Below are positions 16,724 to 26,084 of a stretch of DNA of 64,000 bases, piece after piece; positions within the stretch are counted from its first letter, which is position 1, and every line of letters begins with the position of its first letter. Source of the stretch: an uncultured virus (IMG/VR IMGVR_UViG_3300028590_000010) (lineage: Duplodnaviria; Heunggongvirae; Uroviricota; Caudoviricetes); the IMG/VR virus record IMGVR_UViG_3300028590_000010; one strand, written 5' to 3'. The notes below the pieces were generated by a model. The model saw nothing but the letters and a program-made list of their open reading frames with translations, did not search any database and was not told where the DNA came from. The translations under genes were made by a program, and so were the position numbers.

Positions 16724-17903
16724 GCTGGTGGCTCAGCGCCGCTCACCGACGCCTCCGCCGGGGATGCAGCCGCCTGAGAACGCCAAGGACTGGTTCCGCA
16801 TCGAGAACTCGGCCGAGGATGCCGAGTCGACGGACATCTACGTCTACGACTCCATCGGCGGATGGTTCGGGATGTACGCCGACGAGTTCATCGAGGCGCT
16901 CGGCGGGATCACCACTTCGAAGATCAACCTCCGCCTGAATTCTCCCGGCGGGTCGGTCTTCGAAGGCATTGCTATCGCCAACGCGATTCGGTCGCACCCC
17001 GCGAACGTCACGGTGTACGTCGACTCGCTGGCCGCGTCGATCGCTTCGGTGATCGCGCTGGCGGGCGACCGGGTCGTGATGATGCCGCAGGCGCAGTTCA
17101 TGATCCACAACGCGTCTGGTGCCGAGTACGGCCAGGCGTCCGACCTGCGCAAGACGGCGGATCTGCTGGACAAGCAGTCCCTCAACATCGCTCAGGCGTA
17201 CGCCCAGCACACCGGCCGCCCGCTCGCCGAGTGGCAGGCGCTGATGGAGGCCGAGACCTGGTTCACCGCCGAGGAGGCAGTGGAGATGGGCCTGGCCGAC
17301 GAACTCATCCCGATGCGTCCTGCCAAGCAGGAGGCATCCGCGTCTGTCCAGAGGGATGTCATGAACCGGACATGGGACCTGACGATGTACCGCTACGCCG
17401 GTCGCGCCAACGCCCCCGCTCCGTCCGTCGTCGACAACTCTGCGGCGACGCCCGAGGCACCCGCCAAGGCGGACGACAACGTGGAGTCCATCGCGAACAT
17501 GACACGGGACGAACTGGTCGCGCTCATCCGGGACGTCGTCACGACGGCCATGGCCCCCATCGAGCCGGGGAACGAGCCGGAACCCCCGAACCCGACGGGT
17601 GACCCGGAGACTCCGCCGCCCGAGCCGGAGCCCGGACCGGCACCCGAGCCGGAGCCCACGAACGCCTTCCCGCCTCCGAAGGAGGACGAGGAAGAGCCCG
17701 AGGACGCGACCTCCGAGGAGATGGACGACGAGTCCGACCCCGAGGACGCCGACAAGAAGCTGCCTCCCTTCCTTCAGCCCGATGAGGACGAGGAAGAGGA
17801 GGAGGACGAGCCCAAGGACGAATGGTCCAGTCTCGTCGCCCGCCTCACCACACCGTCGCCCAGCGCGGACGACGTGTTCATGAGCCTGAAGGAGGCTTGG
17901 TAA
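16710..17903 (+). CDS. ClpP-like head maturation protease with acidic Pro-rich C-terminal (scaffold-like) tail
   Basis: LNSPGGSVFEG, LAASIASVIALAGD, FMIHNA, ETWFTAEEAVEMGLAD. Confidence 0.95.
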   Translation: MPFIELVAQRRSPTPPPGMQPPENAKDWFRIENSAEDAESTDIYVYDSIGGWFGMYADEFIEALGGITTSKINLRLNSPGGSVFEGIAIANAIRSHPANVTVYVDSLAASIASVIALAGDRVVMMPQAQFMIHNASGAEYGQASDLRKTADLLDKQSLNIAQAYAQHTGRPLAEWQALMEAETWFTAEEAVEMGLADELIPMRPAKQEASASVQRDVMNRTWDLTMYRYAGRANAPAPSVVDNSAATPEAPAKADDNVESIANMTRDELVALIRDVVTTAMAPIEPGNEPEPPNPTGDPETPPPEPEPGPAPEPEPTNAFPPPKEDEEEPEDATSEEMDDESDPEDADKKLPPFLQPDEDEEEEEDEPKDEWSSLVARLTTPSPSADDVFMSLKEAW

Positions 17904-19264
17904 TGTCCACGCCCACCACTCCGCGCAACGACGCCGAACTGGAAGAGCTGTTCAACGACGGCAGTGCCGTCAAGGAGGTCTTCGCCTCCAAGGACAACGC
18001 CCTCCGGTTCGTCCGTGAGTACGCGAACCAGTTCAACTCCGCTTCGCAGGGCGACCTGGAGGGCCAGATCGAGGCCCAGGTCCAGAGCGGCATCCTCAAG
18101 TACCTCGCCGACTCCGGGTCCATCGACCCGAAGGGCGACGCCCGCCGACTGGACCTGCGTCCGTCGAACTCCACCAAGGGTTCGCGCGTCGGCGACAAGT
18201 ACAACAAGAACGCGCCGGGCGCGAAGCTCGACGAGCACTTCTCCAACGTCACGGACTTCATGTCCGCGATCTGGCACGGTGCCCGTACCGCCGAGGCGCT
18301 GAACAACCAGCACAAGATCAAGGAGATCCAGAACTCCTTCGGGTCCACGGTCCCGGCGGACGGCGGGTTCCTGATCCCCGAGACGCTGCGCTCCGAGCTG
18401 CTGCGCGTCGCCCTGGAGAAGGCGCTGGTCCGTGGCCGGGCCCGCGTCGTCCCGATGGAGACGCTGACTGTTCCGTTCCCGATGATCGACGCCTCTTCGA
18501 ACGCGTCGAACATCTACGGCGGCGTCACCGCGTACTGGACCGAAGAGGCGGCGTCTCTCCAGGACTCCTCGCCGACGTTCGGCCGGGTCAAGCTGGAGGC
18601 CAAGAAGCTCACGGCCTACAGCGAGATCCCGAACGAGCTGTTCGCGGACTCGATCATCTCCCTGGAGATGTTCATCAACGAGATCTTCCCCGAGGCCATC
18701 GCCTGGTTCGAAGACCTCGCCTTCATCGGCGGCTCCGGCGTCGGCGAGCCGCTCGGCTTCCTGAACGCCTCGGCCACGGTCGAGGTCACCAAGGAGGGCG
18801 GTCAGGCCGCTGGCAGCATCGTGTGGGAGAACATCGTCAAGATGTACGCCCGCATGCTGCCGTCCTCGCTGGACTCGGCGGTGTGGGTCGCCCACATCGA
18901 CACCTTCCCCGAGCTGGCCACCATGGCGCTCTCGGTCGGCACCGGCGGCTCGGCGATCTGGCTGAACAACGGTGTCCAGGGCCCGCCGATGACGATCCTG
19001 GGTCGCCCCGTCGTGTTCACCGAGAAGGTCAACTCGGTCGGTGCGGCTGGCGACATCAACTTCGTCGACTTCAGCTACTACCTGATCGGCGACCGTCAGG
19101 CGATCCAGGCGGACACCTCGCCGCACTACCGCTTCCAGAACGACCAGACGACTGTTCGGTTCATTGAGAGGGTCGACGGACGTCCCTGGATTCAGTCCGC
19201 CATCACGCCCAACCAGGGCAGCAACACCCTCTCGCCGTTCGTCCGGCTGGAGACCCGCGCCTGA
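17903..19264 (+). CDS. Major capsid protein (HK97 fold)
   Basis: DGGFLIPE, AYWTEE, AFIGGSGVGEPLG, ILGRPV, GDINFVDFSYYLIGDR; AAGGAGG RBS. Confidence 0.95.
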   Translation: MSTPTTPRNDAELEELFNDGSAVKEVFASKDNALRFVREYANQFNSASQGDLEGQIEAQVQSGILKYLADSGSIDPKGDARRLDLRPSNSTKGSRVGDKYNKNAPGAKLDEHFSNVTDFMSAIWHGARTAEALNNQHKIKEIQNSFGSTVPADGGFLIPETLRSELLRVALEKALVRGRARVVPMETLTVPFPMIDASSNASNIYGGVTAYWTEEAASLQDSSPTFGRVKLEAKKLTAYSEIPNELFADSIISLEMFINEIFPEAIAWFEDLAFIGGSGVGEPLGFLNASATVEVTKEGGQAAGSIVWENIVKMYARMLPSSLDSAVWVAHIDTFPELATMALSVGTGGSAIWLNNGVQGPPMTILGRPVVFTEKVNSVGAAGDINFVDFSYYLIGDRQAIQADTSPHYRFQNDQTTVRFIERVDGRPWIQSAITPNQGSNTLSPFVRLETRA

Positions 19265-19281
19265 TTCAGGGCGCAGCACGT

Positions 19282-19311
19282 ACGCCAGTTCTTCGTGAGC
19301 TGGCGTTTTTT
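19282..19311 (+). terminator. Intrinsic terminator after capsid gene
   Basis: ACGCCAGTTC-TTCGT-GAGCTGGCGT followed by T-run. Confidence 0.75.
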
Positions 19312-19430
19312 GATGCCGCCGTTCGGTGGCATCACCGTCCCCGGGCGGCACTTGAACCCCGCCCGGGGGCCGCAACGCAGGCAGTGGCACCCCTGCGCCA
19401 AGCATCGCGCCGTACTGAGAGGACGAGACC

Positions 19431-19847
19431 ATGAAGGGTCTTGGCCGAGTTTTCAACGTGGTTGCCGCCGCGAGCGGTGTCCACATCCCCCTCAAGCAGG
19501 GCCTCGCCGTCACGTTCGTGACGTACCTGGACGCGGGCTCGCAGATCGCCACCCTGAAGCAGTCGGTCGACGGCGCGTCCGAGGCGGCCCTGTCCGTCAA
19601 GGGATACCCGCACAAGGCTCCCGGCGTCGGCGGCACCTGGACGGCCATGTCTGACACGGAGGCTTCTTCGTTCGACCTGGCCGACGACGCCACCAACGAC
19701 TGCATGGTGTTCACCGTCGGACACGAGCAGCTCGACGACGGCTACAACTGCGTCGAGGTCACGGTCGACGGCGGCATCTGCGTCGCGATCATCCACGACC
19801 TGCTCGTGCAGCGGAAGCCCGCCAACCTCGCACGCAACGTGGTCTGA
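19431..19847 (+). CDS. Virion protein (possible capsid decoration)
   Basis: Position after MCP; beta-rich. Confidence 0.6.
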   Translation: MKGLGRVFNVVAAASGVHIPLKQGLAVTFVTYLDAGSQIATLKQSVDGASEAALSVKGYPHKAPGVGGTWTAMSDTEASSFDLADDATNDCMVFTVGHEQLDDGYNCVEVTVDGGICVAIIHDLLVQRKPANLARNVV

Positions 19848-19859
19848 GGGGGCTGACAC

Positions 19860-20306
19860 ATGAGCACGATCATCAGCGGCAACCAGCTCCGGGACATCGG
19901 TCTCGGTCGTCTGGCCACCAAGTCGATCACCCAGTCCGGCGCGGGCACGCAGAACGTTTTCACCGTCACCGGTGGCCTCGTTCTCGTCACCTCGCTGATC
20001 GGCCGCGTCACCACGGCCATCACCGTCGCGGGCACGACCAAGCTGGTCGCCAACCCGACGGCCGGTACCAGCGCCGATCTGTGCACCGCCACGGACCTGG
20101 GCACGACCGACACGGTCGCTGGCGAGATCCTCGTCATCACCAAGGGCGCTTCGATCGCCCTCGGTGCCGACGACCTCACCGGCTTCCCGCTCGCCGTCGA
20201 GACGGGTGTCATCGAGCACACCGTCGCGACCGGTGGAGACGGCGTCATCAAGTGGTACTGCACCTGGGTTCCGCTCGACAACGGCGCAACCCTGACCGCA
20301 GCCTGA
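19860..20306 (+). CDS. Virion protein (Thr/Gly-rich)
   Basis: Position in head cluster; GAGGGG RBS. Confidence 0.6.
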   Translation: MSTIISGNQLRDIGLGRLATKSITQSGAGTQNVFTVTGGLVLVTSLIGRVTTAITVAGTTKLVANPTAGTSADLCTATDLGTTDTVAGEILVITKGASIALGADDLTGFPLAVETGVIEHTVATGGDGVIKWYCTWVPLDNGATLTAA

Positions 20307-20323
20307 CCAACCCGGAGTGACTG

Positions 20324-20890
20324 ATGCCTGCAAACCTGCGGACGTGCGCTGACTGCTCGACTGCGTACGCACTCGATCTGGACGCCTGCCCGCACTGCGG
20401 CAGCAGTGACTACGCCGAACAGGAGGGGGTCGTCACACGACGGCTCCCCCTGTTCGTCACCGTTTCCTGCGCCGACTGCGGACGCGGGCCCTGGACGGTT
20501 CGGATGCACTCCGTGTCGTCCGGACTCATCGAACTTCCGACACTGGCCTGCGCCTCGTGCGGTAGCCGGGTGCCGGTCACCTGGCCTCCCGAGGAGGAGC
20601 CGATGTCCCCCAAGATCACCACCGCTGGTGGTGCCACAAACGCTCGCGAGGCGGACGTCTCCCCGGTCGCCGACGCGAGCCCGCCCCAGGTCGTAGCCGA
20701 GGACGACCTGGGGCCCTCCACTTCCGAGGAGCTGACCGCCGAGGTCGCTGCTGAAGACGAGGTCGAGACCGTCGACTACGACGGGATGACGCTGGCCGAG
20801 CTGCGTTCGGCCGCCGACGCCGCTCAGCTGCCGACCTACGGCACGAAGGCGCAGCTCATCGAGCGCCTCAAGGGCGCGGACGAGGAGTAA
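20324..20890 (+). CDS. Zn-ribbon + C-terminal SAP-domain protein
   Basis: Four CxxC motifs; YDGMTLAELRSAA...LPTYGTKAQLIERL is SAP-like. Confidence 0.7.
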   Translation: MPANLRTCADCSTAYALDLDACPHCGSSDYAEQEGVVTRRLPLFVTVSCADCGRGPWTVRMHSVSSGLIELPTLACASCGSRVPVTWPPEEEPMSPKITTAGGATNAREADVSPVADASPPQVVAEDDLGPSTSEELTAEVAAEDEVETVDYDGMTLAELRSAADAAQLPTYGTKAQLIERLKGADEE

Positions 20891-20893
20891 GCC

Positions 20894-21076
20894 GTGGGGT
20901 CCTGGGATCAGCTGACCAGCATCTTCATCGAGGCCATTGCCTACGTCGAGCTGGAGAAGTCGGAGCCTCCGACCGCTTGCCCCTTCGACGGCGAGCCGCT
21001 GGACCAGGGCCCTGACGGGCGTCTCTTCTGTCAGCTCGGCAACTATTCCTGGCCGCAGATGCGGCGACTGATCTGA
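20894..21076 (+). CDS. Small Cys-containing hypothetical protein
   Basis: GAGGAG RBS; PPTACPFDGEPL...LFC. Confidence 0.65.
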   Translation: MGSWDQLTSIFIEAIAYVELEKSEPPTACPFDGEPLDQGPDGRLFCQLGNYSWPQMRRLI

Positions 21077-21089
21077 CCCGGGAGGGTAG

Positions 21090-22166
21090 ATGGCCATCAC
21101 GACGCCCGCCTACACCACCCGGGAGACGATCAAGAGGGCACTCGACCAGGGCGAGGTTGCGCGCAACAACCGCAACATCGACCGCTGCATCGAATCGGCC
21201 TCCCGGAACGTCGAGCTGCTGTGCCACCGGACGTTCTACCCGCACATCGCGACCAAGTACTTCAACTGGCCGGGTGGGCAGGGTGCCCCGCCGTGGCGTC
21301 TGTGGCTCGACGACAACGACCTGATCTCCCTGACGGCGGCCACGTCCGGCGGGACGAACATCCCCACGGGGAACGTCCTGCTGGAGCCGAACACTTCCGG
21401 CCCGCCGTACACCCGGGTTGAGATCGACGTCAGCACGTCGTCCGCGTTCGGCGGCGGGTCCACGCACCAGCGCGACATCGCACTGTCAGGTCTGTGGGGC
21501 TGGAACGACGACCACTACTCCAGCGGCGCGACGATCGAGGCACTCGACGACTCCGAGACGACGGTCGACGTGGACGCCGCAGTCGCCATTCAGGTAGGTG
21601 TCGGATCGATCCTGAAGATCGACGACGAACGTCTGCTGGTGTCGGAGCGACGTCAGCTCGACACCGGCCAGGTGGTCGGGGGGACGGGACTCACCCCCTC
21701 GAAGGGCGACACCACGCTGTCCGTGACCGACGGTACGGCTTTCGAGGTGGACGAGACCCTCCTTCTCGGGGCGGAGCGGGCGCTGATCACGGAGATCGCG
21801 GGCAACACGCTCACCATCGAACGCGCCTTCGAGGGATCGACTTCCTCCACCCATCCGGCGGGCACCGCGATCTACGCCCCGCGCACGCTGGTCGTGGAGC
21901 GCGGCGCACTGGGGTCCACGGCAGAGGCTCACACTTCGGGGACGCCGATCCAGGTGTGGCGCGTCCCGGCCGGTCTGAGGCAGTACGTGACCGCCGAGGC
22001 GATCCACGAGCTGATGCAGGAGCAGACCGGTTGGTTCCGCACCATGTCCGCGTCGTCGATCTTCGGCGGTACGGCAAAGCGTGCGGCCACGGTCGAGGCG
22101 CTCATGGACTTCCGCGATCAGACCTATCAGACCTACGGCCGGAAGGCGCGCACCCGGGCCATCTGA
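21090..22166 (+). CDS. Head-to-tail adaptor with inserted beta domains
   Basis: YTTRETIKRAL...ASRNVELLCHRTFY...ALSGLWGW...VPAGLRQ; position. Confidence 0.7.
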   Translation: MAITTPAYTTRETIKRALDQGEVARNNRNIDRCIESASRNVELLCHRTFYPHIATKYFNWPGGQGAPPWRLWLDDNDLISLTAATSGGTNIPTGNVLLEPNTSGPPYTRVEIDVSTSSAFGGGSTHQRDIALSGLWGWNDDHYSSGATIEALDDSETTVDVDAAVAIQVGVGSILKIDDERLLVSERRQLDTGQVVGGTGLTPSKGDTTLSVTDGTAFEVDETLLLGAERALITEIAGNTLTIERAFEGSTSSTHPAGTAIYAPRTLVVERGALGSTAEAHTSGTPIQVWRVPAGLRQYVTAEAIHELMQEQTGWFRTMSASSIFGGTAKRAATVEALMDFRDQTYQTYGRKARTRAI

Positions 22167-22177
22167 GGAGGTCAGGC

Positions 22178-22588
22178 ATGGGGTCGGTTTCCTATCACAT
22201 CAGTTTCCGGGGCCGGGCTCAGGGCCCCATCTCTTCCGGCGCAATCCACAAGCACGTCCACGACTATCAGGCGGACGTTGCGGAGGAACTCGCCAAAGAG
22301 GCAGAGAACGCATGGCTGGTTTACCTCAATTCACGGCTGAGGCACCAGCGCCCGTACTACACAACTCGTATCGAAACCAGGCGCTTGGCCTTCAACCGGT
22401 ACAAGATCCACGACAACGACGTCATCTACGGCCACTGGCTTGAAGGTACGGGGTCCAGGAACTCTCCGGTCACCCGATTCCCCGGCTATTGGTCGATGCG
22501 GGACACCAAGGCGGACATGAAGTACGACCGGAAGCCGATCGCCGAACGCGTCCTGGGAGAACACCAGGCACGGGGCCGCCTGATCTAG
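22178..22588 (+). CDS. Neck / tail-completion protein (HK97 gp10-like)
   Basis: YGHWLEGTG...FPGY motif; position. Confidence 0.6.
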   Translation: MGSVSYHISFRGRAQGPISSGAIHKHVHDYQADVAEELAKEAENAWLVYLNSRLRHQRPYYTTRIETRRLAFNRYKIHDNDVIYGHWLEGTGSRNSPVTRFPGYWSMRDTKADMKYDRKPIAERVLGEHQARGRLI

Positions 22589-22597
22589 GAGGAACCC

Positions 22598-23053
22598 GTG
22601 ACTCTCGCCATCAACGAGATTCTCGACATCGTCGTCACCCACGCCCAGAACACAGGGTGGTTCCAGACCGTCACGGAATACGAGTCCAAGCAGTCCGGAA
22701 CGAACGGAATGACCGCCGGTGTCTGGGTGGACAGCATCGTGCCGATCAAGTCGTCGGGACTCGCCAGCGCATCCGTGCGCCTCGAACTCCAGATGCGGCT
22801 GTTCGGTTCCACAATGTCGGAACCGTACGACGATATCGACGCCAATCTCACGAAGGCGGTCGACGACCTCTTCACCGCGTACATCGGCGACTTCGATCTC
22901 GGCAGCAATGCCCGGCACATCGACATCTTCGGCGCTCACGGTAATCCGCTGAGTGTCCGCGTCGGCTACATGAACATGGACGGCCGGGAATTCCGGGTAT
23001 TCCAAATCGTGCTGCCGATCATCATCAACGACGTTTGGTCTGAATCGCCCTAG
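22598..23053 (+). CDS. Tail terminator-like protein
   Basis: Position before tail tube genes; AGGAGG RBS. Confidence 0.6.
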   Translation: MTLAINEILDIVVTHAQNTGWFQTVTEYESKQSGTNGMTAGVWVDSIVPIKSSGLASASVRLELQMRLFGSTMSEPYDDIDANLTKAVDDLFTAYIGDFDLGSNARHIDIFGAHGNPLSVRVGYMNMDGREFRVFQIVLPIIINDVWSESP

Positions 23054-23064
23054 AAGGAGGCATC

Positions 23065-23811
23065 GTGGCTAAGCAGTCCGGACTGGGCGATAACTTTTAC
23101 GTTGGCGGATACAACATGTCCGGTGACACCGCATCGCTCGACGAGGTGGGCGGCGGACCGGCCGTCATCGACGTCACCGGTATCGACAAGTCGGCGTTCG
23201 AACGCATCGGCGGTCTGCGCGACGGCCGGATCGAGTGGACCTCGCACTTCAACCCCGCAGAGGGGCAGCAGCACGAGGTACTCGCCTCGCTCCCGTCCTC
23301 CGACCGGCACCTCATGTACTTCCGTGGAACGACTCTCGGCGGTCCGGCGGCGGCCCTGGTCGGCAAGCAGCTGAACTACGACTGGTCGCGCGGTGACGAC
23401 GGCAAGATCAGCATGAAGATCCGCGCCGAGGCGAACGGGTACGGGATCGAGTGGGGCCAGAGCCTCACTGCCGGACGTCGTACTGACACCGCAGCCACCA
23501 ACGGTACGGCGGTGGACTTCGGCACCGGCTCGACCACGTTCGGCGCGCAGTTCTACCTTCAGGTCTTCTCCTTCACCGGCACGGACATCACGTTCACCGT
23601 CGAGGAGTCTTCGGACGACGGGGCGGACGCCTACGCGGCAGTGACGGGCGGTGCCTTCACCCAGGTGACGGCGTCCCCGGCAGTGGAGCGGATCGAGACG
23701 GCACGCGACCAGACCGTGGAGCGGTACCTGCGCGTGGCCACCACGGGGACGTTCACCGAGTGCACCTTCGCGGTGGTCGCCGTACGGAATGACACCAGCG
23801 TCGTCTTCTAA
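23065..23811 (+). CDS. Tail tube-like protein 1 with C-terminal extra domain
   Basis: MAKQSGLG...IDVTGIDKSAFERIGGLRDG. Confidence 0.6.
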   Translation: MAKQSGLGDNFYVGGYNMSGDTASLDEVGGGPAVIDVTGIDKSAFERIGGLRDGRIEWTSHFNPAEGQQHEVLASLPSSDRHLMYFRGTTLGGPAAALVGKQLNYDWSRGDDGKISMKIRAEANGYGIEWGQSLTAGRRTDTAATNGTAVDFGTGSTTFGAQFYLQVFSFTGTDITFTVEESSDDGADAYAAVTGGAFTQVTASPAVERIETARDQTVERYLRVATTGTFTECTFAVVAVRNDTSVVF

Positions 23812-23833
23812 GGCGCACACCCGGGGAGAGCAC

Positions 23834-24274
23834 ATGCAGCGTATGAACAGGATTCCGCCGCAGGGCCGGGTCCAGGACTACAAGACGTACCAGATCGTTT
23901 CGCCGGTCAGTACGCACTGGCGTCCGGCGACCTGCGCCGAGGTGAACTGCCCGGAGTTCACGAAGGGATGGAGGCTCCGTGTCGAGGGCCTCCCCCCGGA
24001 AATGCTCCACGCGGCAAAGACCTCCGGCCGGAAGTTTTCGGAGCTGGACGTGACGGAGACCGAACACTGGCTCGTCTTCGAATCGGGCCAGCCGTGCTTC
24101 CGGGCCCGGACGCACCGCAAGCTCCTGGACAAGCAGGAGATCTTCATCGCCAGGGACGGCGACTTCCGGGGTAACCCCACGGGGAACATCCGGAAGCACA
24201 CCCGCCCGGAATTCTGGCTGGAAGATTTCCAGGAGAACCAGGAAAAAGTCGCCCAGCAGATCCAGCGGGGTTGA
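23834..24274 (+). CDS. Hypothetical protein (146 aa)
   Basis: GGAGAG RBS; tail cluster. Confidence 0.7.
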   Translation: MQRMNRIPPQGRVQDYKTYQIVSPVSTHWRPATCAEVNCPEFTKGWRLRVEGLPPEMLHAAKTSGRKFSELDVTETEHWLVFESGQPCFRARTHRKLLDKQEIFIARDGDFRGNPTGNIRKHTRPEFWLEDFQENQEKVAQQIQRG

Positions 24275-24285
24275 TTTGAGTCGAA

Positions 24286-24312
24286 GGCCCATCGCAGTCC
24301 GGTGGGCCTTTT
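24286..24312 (+). terminator. Intrinsic terminator-like hairpin
   Basis: GGCCCATCG-CAGTC-CGGTGGGCC-TTTT. Confidence 0.6.
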
Positions 24313-24345
24313 GCTTTGCCGCAAAACGGACAAAGGAGGGCTATC

Positions 24346-24753
24346 GTGGCGAAAGAGTCAGGATTGGCGTGGACTACCCTCAGTGTGGACGATTCTTCCG
24401 GAACGCCACAAGACGTGAGGAATGACGTGACCAACCTGGAGTTCGCGACGCCTCGCGCAACCCAGGACACCACGGGTATCGACAAGTCGGCGTTCGAGCG
24501 GCTCCTGCTGCTCGCCGACTTCACGATCACCCTCAACGGCGTGTTCAACGACGCGGCGGACAAGTCGCACGCCGTCTTCAAGACGGTTCCGTCGACCTCC
24601 GTCGCCCGTACGGTCAGCATCGCCGTGTCGGGCCAGACTCTGGCCAACGAGTGCATCTTCACCGACTACCCGCTGACCCGCTCGGACTCCGGTGAACTCA
24701 CCTGGGCCGTTCCCGGCCAGCTGAGCGACGGCGTCGTCCCGACCTGGTCTTGA
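24346..24753 (+). CDS. Major tail (tube) protein, paralog of 23065-23811
   Basis: MAKESGLA...QDTTGIDKSAFERLLLLADF; strong AAGGAGG RBS; upstream of the chaperone. Confidence 0.7.
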   Translation: MAKESGLAWTTLSVDDSSGTPQDVRNDVTNLEFATPRATQDTTGIDKSAFERLLLLADFTITLNGVFNDAADKSHAVFKTVPSTSVARTVSIAVSGQTLANECIFTDYPLTRSDSGELTWAVPGQLSDGVVPTWS

Positions 24754-24790
24754 GAAGCTGTCCGGTACGTGCCCATGTTAATCTTCCGAC

Positions 24791-25465
24791 ATGGCACGTA
24801 CCGGACGCGCAAAAGACGAACCACCGATCTGTCACCCCGACAGGCCCCATCAGGCAAAAGGTCTTTGCTCGCAGTGTTACATGCGGGAATACGACGCGCG
24901 ACGCAAGGGGCGTCCGGATAGGCGCAAGGATTCGGAGGATTACGCACCGAACTACCGGAAGCCACCGACTAAAGAGCGACGAAGTGCTGGATGCCATCCA
25001 GACAAGGATCACTACAGCCGGGGACTCTGCCGCCCTTGTTACCAAAAAGCGCGCCGCAAGGGTGTGCTGCCTACCGAGCGTGCCACTTGTCACCCAGAAC
25101 GTGCAGTATCTGCGCGCGGATTGTGTGCTCAGTGCTACGCCAAGAAGAATTACTGGGGCGACCCGGACAAGTATCGGCAGAAAGCTCGCGACGAACAGGC
25201 TGCGAGGCGGAGGAACCTCCGCGAAGAGATGATCGAAGTCTACGGCGGACGGTGTGCATGTCAGTGGTGTCCGGAAACGGATCCGGCGTTTCTTACGCTG
25301 GATCACGTGAACGGCGATGGCAAGGAACACCGAAAGACGGTCGGGAGTCACACCTACGCCGACCTGCGCCAGAGGGGCTGGCCGCAGGGCGGATATCGCC
25401 TTCTCTGCTGGAACTGCAACGCGATGACGCGGTACGGCAGAGTGTGTCCCCACGAACATAACTGA
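24791..25465 (+). CDS. HNH endonuclease with three CHP..xxGLCxxCY repeats
   Basis: YGGRCAC..C..LTLDHVNGDG...LLCWNCN; three N-terminal Zn-binding repeats; lower GC. Confidence 0.9.
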   Translation: MARTGRAKDEPPICHPDRPHQAKGLCSQCYMREYDARRKGRPDRRKDSEDYAPNYRKPPTKERRSAGCHPDKDHYSRGLCRPCYQKARRKGVLPTERATCHPERAVSARGLCAQCYAKKNYWGDPDKYRQKARDEQAARRRNLREEMIEVYGGRCACQWCPETDPAFLTLDHVNGDGKEHRKTVGSHTYADLRQRGWPQGGYRLLCWNCNAMTRYGRVCPHEHN

Positions 25466-25536
25466 ATAGCAATCTCGGACAGACCCGTCGCACTCTTGCG
25501 GCGGGTCTTCTTCATGCCCTTATCCGGGGAGAACCA

Positions 25537-25926
25537 ATGGCATTCAAGCGCAAGCGCAAGGTCTACAACCTCGACTTCACCGGCACCGAGTACGAGGGGC
25601 TGGAAGTCAAGGTCCGGGGCCTCACCACCGGCGAGTACCTGGAGATCATCTCCCTCAGTGCCCCCAGCACTGAGGGAGATCAGGAGACCGAGGGCATGCT
25701 GCGCATGTTCGCAGAGCACCTCGTCTACTGGAACCTCGAAGACGAGGTGACCGGCGAGCCGGTGCCGACGACCTACGAGGGCGTCATCACCAACGACTTC
25801 GTGATGAACATGTACGTCATCAACGCCTGGACGCAGGCTCTCGCCACCGTTCCGGAGGCCACGGAAAAAAAGTCCGTGACTGGCGAGCCTTCCCTGGTGG
25901 AGTCGATTCCGACGGAAACCCTGTAA
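25537..25926 (+). CDS. Tail assembly chaperone (short form)
   Basis: Position before TMP; HLVYWNLED; contains slippery A_AAA_AAG at 25866-25872. Confidence 0.85.
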   Translation: MAFKRKRKVYNLDFTGTEYEGLEVKVRGLTTGEYLEIISLSAPSTEGDQETEGMLRMFAEHLVYWNLEDEVTGEPVPTTYEGVITNDFVMNMYVINAWTQALATVPEATEKKSVTGEPSLVESIPTETL

Positions 25927-26084
25927 CGAAGCCTTCGGAATACGCCAGGGCAGAACTCCTCATCTCCCTGTGTCAATTCTTCCATGTGCTGCCCAGTCAG
26001 ATTCTGGATGAGGACGTAGAAATCCTCCAGCTGGTCGAGCTGTACGAAATGGGCAAGGACAGAAAGGGCGGTCACGATGGCTGA
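25537..26084 (+). CDS. Tail assembly chaperone, -1 frameshift product
   Basis: After A_AAA_AAG the -1 frame is open to TGA 26082-26084 (...LLISLCQFFHVLPSQILDEDVEILQL...). Confidence 0.8.
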
